Origin: an uncultured cyanobacterium
GTDB taxonomy: Bacteria; Cyanobacteriota; Cyanobacteriia; Cyanobacteriales; CAWUOF01
Reading direction: 5' to 3'
Assembly (NCBI GenBank): GCA_963744145.1
Contig: CAVUSO010000001.1
Span: 5,184,001 to 5,248,000 of the forward strand
DNA: 64,000 bases
Below the pieces are notes generated by a model that saw nothing but the letters and a program-made list of their open reading frames with translations, was not told the DNA's origin and ran no database searches. How positions within the stretch are numbered: position 1 is the first letter of the stretch; each line of letters opens with the position of its first letter. The position numbers and the translations under genes were made by a program. Shown piece by piece: positions 29,964 through 37,484 of the stretch.

Positions 29964-31565
29964 TTACACTTCATCCATTGCTAACATCTGAATCAGACGG
30001 GGTGTTCCTGGATCAAACCCAGCAATATCCCAAGATTTTGGATCTTTTGGATCAACTAAGGAGATATTGTAGGGAGCAAGTGCAATATAAATTGCTTTGG
30101 CATGGGGATTGATTTTATGGCGATATTCTGCTAAAGCTTGACTAGGATGTTTCTTTCCTGCCCAACTTTCACAATCAGTCCAAAAGCAAAATAGATCTGC
30201 TTTAAACTTGGTTTTAATTGCCCAATCGTAAGCGACAGATGCGTCAGTTCCACCGAAATTCTGGTTACTGGCTTTGGCGATCGCTTGACTAAAAGAATCC
30301 TGTGCGGTAATCTTTAAATCACGGAAATCAGTAGCAAAACCACGAATGACATAATTTTTTTCTGCTTTCGCAGTTGCTAAAGCCATGACGGTAGCAATTT
30401 CGCAACAAGTTAAGCCAATGGAACTAACAGTATTAAAGGACATGGAACCGGAAATATCAACAGCGTGTAAGAAAGTTTTCCCGGTTGGAGGAAGTACATC
30501 AAAAGCTAGTTCTAAGGCTTTCTCTAAGATATCAATAATCTGCCGAATTGGTTGCCAAGTTTTTTTACTCCGACCTAATTCTCCTCCTGATTGATAGGTT
30601 TTGATAGCTTTCAAGATGTCAATCGGATGAATCCGTCCTTTCTGTAAATGTTCCCGACTATTGAGTAACTTAGCAATACGCTTCAAATTAGACTGATGAT
30701 GAGTAGTTAAAACCTCTAATTGTGTTAATGATCCAAGATTTCGCAGCATCGCACCAATGGGCATTTCATTAAACAGCAATTGCCATGCTTTTTGATCCAT
30801 TTTACCTACAGGTGCAGCCATTTCATGGGTTAATCTTCCTTTCGCGATCGCTTCATGAGTTTTTTCTGGATGACGTTTTAACCATTCATACCACCAAATT
30901 TGTGCTAAGGGTTCAGCTGGAATTTTAGAGGGTAATTTATCCCATCCGTGCATTACCCACTTAAACAATTGATTATGGGTTTCAGTGATAGGTTTCACAT
31001 GAAATAAGCGCAACGCATCACGATGGGAAAAACCTTGACGTTGTTGGTATTTCAACAATTGATAAGCTAATTCTTGCACATTATCACGGGAAAACCAAGC
31101 TTTACCAGCTTCACGTACAATTTTACCAAAACCACGCATGGCTTTAGTGTAACCTAGCCATTCATAGAAATGACTACCAGTTCGTACTACTTGCAGAAAG
31201 ATTTCTCCAAAAGCTTGTTTAGCTTCTTGGGAATTGTCCATTGATAACAACACTAACGCAAATAAAGGGGCACTATTATTAATTGCGCGTCCATCACTAG
31301 CATAGAGAATTTCGGTAGCAACTTGGTTCGGATTAAGAGCGATCGCTTGTTTGAGGATTTCGACAAATTCGATCGTTAACTCATGTTTACCTGCATAATA
31401 GGTATTTTGAGCTGTACCAATTAACAAACAACGACGTAATACATTCCAAATATCAGCTTTAAACATCCAACCACCAGAACGTCCTGGAACCATTTCTGTT
31501 TCTCGACCAGGAATTGGTTGAGTCTGGGGGGTTTGATTTTTTACAAAAAACTTATAATTCATCAT
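29964..31565 (-). CDS. rsr: Ro60/Rsr TROVE-vWA RNA-binding protein
   Basis: KYQQRQGFSHRDALRLFHVKP, AMLRNLG, RIHP, vWA MIDAS DISGSM, GGTD, WTDCE. Confidence 0.92.
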   Translation of the reverse strand: MMNYKFFVKNQTPQTQPIPGRETEMVPGRSGGWMFKADIWNVLRRCLLIGTAQNTYYAGKHELTIEFVEILKQAIALNPNQVATEILYASDGRAINNSAPLFALVLLSMDNSQEAKQAFGEIFLQVVRTGSHFYEWLGYTKAMRGFGKIVREAGKAWFSRDNVQELAYQLLKYQQRQGFSHRDALRLFHVKPITETHNQLFKWVMHGWDKLPSKIPAEPLAQIWWYEWLKRHPEKTHEAIAKGRLTHEMAAPVGKMDQKAWQLLFNEMPIGAMLRNLGSLTQLEVLTTHHQSNLKRIAKLLNSREHLQKGRIHPIDILKAIKTYQSGGELGRSKKTWQPIRQIIDILEKALELAFDVLPPTGKTFLHAVDISGSMSFNTVSSIGLTCCEIATVMALATAKAEKNYVIRGFATDFRDLKITAQDSFSQAIAKASNQNFGGTDASVAYDWAIKTKFKADLFCFWTDCESWAGKKHPSQALAEYRHKINPHAKAIYIALAPYNISLVDPKDPKSWDIAGFDPGTPRLIQMLAMDEV

Positions 31566-31604
31566 AATTTTCAGCCCGTCAGGACAATTAAAAGTGTGGT
31601 AATA

Positions 31605-31732
31605 TGGTGTAGTGGAGCGGGAATTGCACCCGCATCTCGTCGATTAAGGGGGATGTCGTGTTACAGCGATAATCCTCAATCTGCGTCCCTTTCGGGCAAA
31701 AATTGCGCTTTACTATTAAGCTACCCACCACA
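31605..31732 (-). ncRNA. tRNA-like (Y RNA-related) RNA upstream of rsr
   Basis: Minus strand: acceptor GUGGUGGG/UCCACUAC-A-CCA, UA, D-arm GCUU-AAUAGUA-AAGC, about 70-nt structured insert replacing the anticodon arm, T-arm GCGGG-UGCAAUU-CCCGC. Confidence 0.8.
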
Positions 31733-31808
31733 TAAAAGGTACTTTTGACTTGTTACTGGTTTATTGTTTCTGTTGGTCTCCTTTGCTTTGATGAATCCAG
31801 ATTAAGCT

Positions 31809-31932
31809 GGTCAACTTCCCTGAAGCTAATTGTGCAAAAAAAAGCTAAAATCCATTGATAATTACTGTTTGAGACCTAGGGGAAGATCCTTGACTAGGGG
31901 ATTCCCTCAACTTTCTGATAACTTTTATAGGT
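31809..31932. repeat. 124-bp direct repeat, copy 1 (divergent promoter region)
   Basis: Matches 32794-32917; contains TCAACTT(T/C)C(C)TGA twice and CTAGGGGA twice. Confidence 0.9.
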
Positions 31933-32015
31933 CAATACTTTGGACACTTTTACGGTAAATCTAGAAACAACTGGTAGAGAGACTGGAATACTCAAGCTAT
32001 TTACTCATTAAAGCG

Positions 32016-32509
32016 ATGAAAGTACAGGTTTTATCTATTAAAGCGGCAAAAGAGCCTAACTCCCATGAAGTCTTGTTGTCTATCGGTGTAGATCAGCAAA
32101 CTTTCATATTTACAACTGAAGTTAATCAAGTGGGAGAACATCAAATTCAAACGACTCATGGCGATCGCACTTTTTCAGAAGTATTCAGATTTAATCAGCG
32201 AGTAGCAATGAATGTGAGTAATCTGGTAGTTAAATTTTCCAGCCAACAAATAATTGAATTGCCAGCCGACGTCGGTAATTTTGTCACTCCGGAAGAAACT
32301 GTATCGAAGCTAAAATCTTATGAAAAGGGTAAGCCAATTCAGAGTGATCTGCAAGATAAACAAAAAGTTACGTTATATCTGTCGCCAAGAACTGCATCAC
32401 CGACTCAAAATTCGAGCTGCGGTTGGCTCAGAACCAATATCTGTCATTGCTGAACGTGCGCTGATCTTTTATATGGAACATCCAGAAATAGTAGATGAAG
32501 CCGGCAATA
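32016..32509 (+). pseudogene. Hypothetical domain fused to RHH-like domain; frameshifted and MITE-truncated
   Basis: KQKVTLYLSP in one frame continues as ELHHRLKIRAAVGSEPISVIAERAL in another; extra A at 32387/8. Confidence 0.7.
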
Positions 32510-32686
32510 CAGCGGATTCCACGTTGATGAAGTTATCTCGTTTGGTTGGGCGGGTTTATGATGGTGATCGATTTGGATCAGAATTGATTGGTGAACCCGC
32601 CCCTACAAATCCTGGTTGATTGTCATCATAAATTCATCGATTTTTTGGTAAATAATCCCAGATCCGAACATTTTTATCACCTGTAG
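32510..32686. repeat. Partial MITE/REP, CAGCGGAT-end family, copy 3
   Basis: TA-CAGCGGATT start and GGGCGGGTTTATG...GAACCCGCCCCTAC, as at 12088 and 19572. Confidence 0.7.
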
Positions 32687-32793
32687 ATATTGTTTTAGCT
32701 TTTCAACCTCCATCAGTAAGACTGTTTACTGAATTTGCGTTAGCGTAGCTTACCGTAGGTATCGCCTAAATCTAGATCACTTTAGGAAAAGCG

Positions 32794-32917
32794 GGTCAAC
32801 TTTCCTGAAGCCAATTGTGCAAAAAAAAGCTAAAATCCATTCATAATTACTATTTGAAAGCTAGGGGAAGATCCTTGACTAGGGGATTCCCTCAACTTTC
32901 TGAAAACTTTGATAGGT
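32794..32917. repeat. 124-bp direct repeat, copy 2
   Basis: Matches 31809-31932; ends 14 bp before the NACHT start. Confidence 0.9.
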
Positions 32918-32931
32918 AGATTTTGCTCTAA

Positions 32932-35793
32932 GTGGTACGTCCCAGTTATGGTCCTGAAGCGAAGAAACGCTCTAAACAGTTATTGGCTGTGTTGCTTGAC
33001 TATGCCAATGATGAGTTAAACTGTGATGAATCTACTCTAGATGCTTTACGTCCCCAGATTCAAGTATATTGGCAAACTGAACAGAGATTAATTGTTCGCA
33101 CTAAGATCCGTTTTTTAGAGACTCTGACTAAATTAGGTACAGATTCTCTACTGAGTGGAGAACAGATTAAGGAAGCACTACGACGGTTTGAGGATTTTTT
33201 AGAGATTCTGGAAGATCATCGTCCCAACCGTGGTGGGTCAGAAATTTGGCACTTTACACTTAATTTATGGTATAAGCGCAGTCATCCTATTGCTAACTTA
33301 GAACGATTTGAGCAGGAGTGGGAGCAACGTCGTCCCCAAAAATCTAAACAGGTAACAGGAGATCAAAGTGAGCAAGTACAGAATAATTTTTGGTGGGAAC
33401 TCTGTCGGGAGAGTTTAGAATTACAGGATTATCAACGGTTAACTACTAATGTGCTGACTGTTCCTGATGGAGTTGCGTTTGATTTGCATGAAGTTTATAT
33501 ACCATTGAAGTTGGTAGAAAGAAAACAGCAAGATCGGCGATCGGTAGATATTTCTGCGGAGCAAGGATCACAGTTTTATGAACCGGAAGAACTAGAAACA
33601 GCTCTAAGTTTAACGATCGCAGAGTTTTGTCAGCGATTTTTCCAATCTGAACTTAAACAACGGATTGCGATCGTCGGGGAACCTGGTTCAGGTAAAACTA
33701 CTTTGCTCCAAAAAATTGCTACTTGGTTACTTGAACATCAAGTTTTACCAATCTGGATTTCTCTTGCTGATCTGCAAGGATCTACTTTAGAACATTATCT
33801 ATTAAATGACTGGCTGAAACAAGCTACTCACAAAATCCGTGTTTCGGAAGAACTTCAGGAAGGTTTAGCTCAACAATTCCATCTAGGTAAGGTTTGGTTA
33901 TTACTCGATGCGGTTGATGAAATGGCTGATGATGCTAGTATGGCACTTAGTATGATTGCGCGTCAATTGCGAGGATGGGTTGGAGATGGGAATGTGGTGC
34001 TTACTTGTCGGTTGAATGTGTGGGATCATGGTAAAAATGCTCTTCATAGTTTTACTACCTATCGAAATCTTAGTTTTAGTTATGGTGATACTCGCGATCG
34101 CGATCAAGTTGGTGCATTTATTCAGCGTTGGTTTTCGTCTCGTCCTGAATTTGCCGATCGCTTACATCTGGAGCTAAATAAAATTGAACGAAAGCGGATT
34201 AAAGATACTGTAAAAAATCCGCTCCGATTAGCATTATTATGTCGGACTTGGTCTTTAGCTCAAGGGAATTTACCTAATACTAAAGCTACTCTCTATCAGC
34301 AATTTGTGGAAACCATTTATGAATGGAAACAGGATCGCTTTCCCACTACTCCTGCTCAACGACAGCAATTAAATCAGGTTTTGGGAAAACTAGCTCTTTT
34401 TGCTTTAGAACAACCGGAAATTAAATTTAGATTAAGTTATTCTTTTTTACAACAAGCATTTGCTGAGTCTCTTGAATTAATTCCCTTAGCATTACAATTA
34501 GGTTGGTTAAATCAGGTAGGTATTGCTGCTAATTCTGGTGAAAAAGTGTATGCTTTTTATCACCCAACCTTTCAGGAATATTTTGCAGCTCAAACAATTA
34601 CAGATTGGCATTTTTTCTTTGATCCTAAGCATAATTATCCCATTTTTAGTCAACCTTGGCAAGAGGTAATTTTCCTCTGGTTGGGACGAAGTGATGTTTC
34701 CGTAATCGATAAAGAAGCTTTTTTACAAGCATTAACAGAGTTTGATGATCAATGTGGTGGTTTTTATGCTGTTCGAGCTTATTTTATTGCAGCAGTAGGA
34801 TTAGCGGAATTTCCCCATTATAGCAAAGCAGAAATAATTTTATCACAATTAATTGATTGGCGTTTTGCTGTACATAGATCGTCAAAGTTTGGTGCAATCC
34901 CACTTTCAGAAGATGCAAGAATTGCTTTACTTAAGACTGATCGAAGTTTAGCAATTTTAGGTTTAGAAAAATTCATTAGTTCCGTTTCCCATCCTTTTAT
35001 AATTTGGAACGCAGCTTATACACTTGGTCGAGCGTTAGATCCAGGGAATTTAGTCGCGATCGCTGCTTTAATTCGGTTACTGGATATCATTCAATCGGAA
35101 CCTTTGCGTTTACAGATTAGTGAACATTTGGGGAAAGTTGATCCTGGTAATGCGATCGCAATTGCTACTCTTGTGAGTATAATTGAATCAGCTTCTTCCT
35201 TATCTATCTGTCGGAAAGCAGCTTATAGTCTGGGAAAAATCTGTCCAGAACATCCCTTAGCGATCGCAACTTTGGAACGTTTGGTTGCTACTACTGATCT
35301 TAGTTTCAAAAGACAAGTCATCGAAAATTTACTGACATTAGATCCAGGAAATGTAATCGCGATCGCAGTTCGAGAAACCATTAAAAATACCCGACCGCAA
35401 ACCAGTCAGAAACGACCAAAGAAATATGCAGATACAATTAGTATAGCACAAACCATCAAAATATTAGAAAACAAATTAGATACTGTCAAAGATCCAGATA
35501 ATCTTAGACGAATTGCTTACCGTCTTGGTAATTTACAACCTGGACATTCTCAAGCAATCGAAATTTTAATTAGACTACTAACATCAGCAAATTCGTCAGG
35601 ATTCCATAAACAAGTGAGTGAAAATCTCAAAGAGATCATCACCGATGAGCAATTGAGTGAAATCGTTAGTAAACTCAAACCAGGAGTAAATCAAGATGGA
35701 ATAGCTTCCAGCGATCGAGAATCTGATAAAATGCTATGGTATTGCGCTCAAAGAATGACTTATGATCGTTTTTATCAAGCATGGAATGGATAA
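32932..35793 (+). CDS. NACHT (STAND) NTPase with N-terminal putative wHTH-like domain and C-terminal HEAT repeats
   Basis: GEPGSGKT, LLLDAVDE, LTCR, NPLRLALL, FYHPTFQEYFAA, repeated AAY.LG..DPGN..AI. Confidence 0.9.
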   Translation: MVRPSYGPEAKKRSKQLLAVLLDYANDELNCDESTLDALRPQIQVYWQTEQRLIVRTKIRFLETLTKLGTDSLLSGEQIKEALRRFEDFLEILEDHRPNRGGSEIWHFTLNLWYKRSHPIANLERFEQEWEQRRPQKSKQVTGDQSEQVQNNFWWELCRESLELQDYQRLTTNVLTVPDGVAFDLHEVYIPLKLVERKQQDRRSVDISAEQGSQFYEPEELETALSLTIAEFCQRFFQSELKQRIAIVGEPGSGKTTLLQKIATWLLEHQVLPIWISLADLQGSTLEHYLLNDWLKQATHKIRVSEELQEGLAQQFHLGKVWLLLDAVDEMADDASMALSMIARQLRGWVGDGNVVLTCRLNVWDHGKNALHSFTTYRNLSFSYGDTRDRDQVGAFIQRWFSSRPEFADRLHLELNKIERKRIKDTVKNPLRLALLCRTWSLAQGNLPNTKATLYQQFVETIYEWKQDRFPTTPAQRQQLNQVLGKLALFALEQPEIKFRLSYSFLQQAFAESLELIPLALQLGWLNQVGIAANSGEKVYAFYHPTFQEYFAAQTITDWHFFFDPKHNYPIFSQPWQEVIFLWLGRSDVSVIDKEAFLQALTEFDDQCGGFYAVRAYFIAAVGLAEFPHYSKAEIILSQLIDWRFAVHRSSKFGAIPLSEDARIALLKTDRSLAILGLEKFISSVSHPFIIWNAAYTLGRALDPGNLVAIAALIRLLDIIQSEPLRLQISEHLGKVDPGNAIAIATLVSIIESASSLSICRKAAYSLGKICPEHPLAIATLERLVATTDLSFKRQVIENLLTLDPGNVIAIAVRETIKNTRPQTSQKRPKKYADTISIAQTIKILENKLDTVKDPDNLRRIAYRLGNLQPGHSQAIEILIRLLTSANSSGFHKQVSENLKEIITDEQLSEIVSKLKPGVNQDGIASSDRESDKMLWYCAQRMTYDRFYQAWNG

Positions 35794-35805
35794 CTAATAG
35801 TTGCA

Positions 35806-36276
35806 ATGAAATACCATAAAAATCATCCTCAACCAAGCTCCGACAATTTGATCCTTATTATTGGATATGGTAACGACTTACGAAGTGACGATGGAGTAGG
35901 ACAAAAAATAGCAAACCAGATCCAAAATTGGCAAATTCCTCACATCCAATCGATCGCACTACATCAACTAACCCCTGAATTAGCTGAAACTATATCGGAA
36001 GTTAAAAAAGTTATTTTTATCGATGTATATCCAGCTTCAGAAGGAGCTAAAATTCAAATTCAAAACCTTGAACCAACTAACATGAGAGACAAAATTGGAC
36101 ATATCAGTGATCCGCGATCGCTACTAGCACTTTGTCAAGCACTATACAATCATCTCCCTGAAGCTTGGATGATTGCAATTCCTGGAGTTAACTTTGACTT
36201 CGGTGAAATTCTTTCACCAACTACTGAACAGGGAATGAATGAAGCACTAGCAGCAATTGACAAATTAATTAAATAA
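35806..36276 (+). CDS. hoxW: Hydrogenase maturation protease (HoxW-like)
   Basis: IIGYGNDLRSDDGVG, HQLTPELA, VIFID, GH..DP, F.FGE.LS. Confidence 0.8.
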   Translation: MKYHKNHPQPSSDNLILIIGYGNDLRSDDGVGQKIANQIQNWQIPHIQSIALHQLTPELAETISEVKKVIFIDVYPASEGAKIQIQNLEPTNMRDKIGHISDPRSLLALCQALYNHLPEAWMIAIPGVNFDFGEILSPTTEQGMNEALAAIDKLIK

Positions 36277-36351
36277 TAGAAGACCGATTATTTGAGTTAA
36301 AATTATTCGGTAATATTTTCGATCGAGTCCCTTATTCCCGTACTACCAAAC

Positions 36352-37071
36352 ATGATTTCTCGTCGTACTTATCTCAGTTTCCTGTTAGCTAGCTTTGTTG
36401 CTTTATTTATTGGGGTGAATTCTGTCCCATTAGCGATCGCGACTAGATCAAATTTAGCTAAACCCCATCCGTTACCAATTACTCTCGTCCATTGGAAAGA
36501 TTTACAGGATCATGGAGATTATTTTGACCAAATCAAGCAGGTAGAAGTGGGATATTTAATTTGGTCAAAATTTCCAGTTAAAGTTTATGTAGATCAAGAT
36601 GATCAAGAAAAAACCACCGCATGGTTCAATGCGGTTTCCCAAGCAGTGAAAGAATGGAATGTATATTTACCTTTAACTATAGTAAAGCAAGCAGAAACTG
36701 CGGATATTAGAATATTAGCCCAAACTCCTCCTTTGCGATTATCTAATCAGGGGAATCTAATTCGAGCTAGAACAGCTCAAACTCGATTTGAATTATATAT
36801 GGATCAAACTCAAACGGGAGAAAAATTTTTATCCCATCGGTTTACAATTCAGCTTAGTCCCAATCAAATACCCCTTTATCTGCTTGCTTGTGCGCGTCAT
36901 GAGATTGGTCATGCTTTAGGAATTTGGGGACATAGTCGGTTGGAAACCGATGTGTTATATTTTTCTCAAGTTCGCAATCCACCCTTAATTTCCGATCGGG
37001 ATGTTAATACCCTAAAACGAATTTATGAACAACCTACACTTTTATACCAATTCACCATGAAGATACATTGA
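36352..37071 (+). CDS. Matrixin-like Zn metallopeptidase
   Basis: HEIGHALGIWGHS; N-terminal hydrophobic signal; last codons come from a MITE. Confidence 0.85.
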   Translation: MISRRTYLSFLLASFVALFIGVNSVPLAIATRSNLAKPHPLPITLVHWKDLQDHGDYFDQIKQVEVGYLIWSKFPVKVYVDQDDQEKTTAWFNAVSQAVKEWNVYLPLTIVKQAETADIRILAQTPPLRLSNQGNLIRARTAQTRFELYMDQTQTGEKFLSHRFTIQLSPNQIPLYLLACARHEIGHALGIWGHSRLETDVLYFSQVRNPPLISDRDVNTLKRIYEQPTLLYQFTMKIH

Positions 37072-37289
37072 TGTATATTGATCTGTGGGTGAGGGTGGGT
37101 TTTGATGATTAGTAGGTAAATGTCAAACATCTCGGTGAACCCACCCCTACAAAAACCCGCAAATAGAGGATAAAATTGGTAGGGGCAGGTTCACCAGTTA
37201 ATTCTGCCACCAACAGATCACCATTATAAACCTGCCCTGACTCTAACAGATCAACCTCAGATTAAGTGCAATTTCATAGTTAATTGGTA
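37045..37289. mobile_element. MITE, TACCAATT-end family, copy 2
   Basis: TIR TACCAATT/AATTGGTA, TTA duplication; inverted copy of 5893-6186. Confidence 0.85.
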
Positions 37290-37325
37290 TTAGGATATTC
37301 CCGTTAATTTTAGATGTCATAAATG

Positions 37326-37481
37326 AATAAGATTCAGTTAAGAATATTTTTGAGGATCTCCGTGCAGAAGAAGGGTTTACCCTGAGTAGTCGAAGGGTGA
37401 AGCATTCGGATCTAATATTACTGGTTAGATTGTTCAATTATCGCCCGAATGCTTCACCCCTACACTTAATTGAACCGGATT
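37326..37481. repeat. Short REP-pair element related to 61938-62522
   Basis: TTCAGTTAAG...CTTAATTGAA ends; GAAGCATTCGG/CCGAATGCTTC palindrome. Confidence 0.7.
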
Positions 37482-37484
37482 AGG

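Noticed and set aside
31605..31732. tmRNA, standard tRNA or intron-containing tRNA
   Set aside because: Too short for tmRNA and no tag ORF; no 7-nt anticodon loop; the insert is far too short for a group I intron.
31518..31748. 76-aa plus-strand ORF
   Set aside because: Antisense to the tRNA-like RNA and the rsr start.
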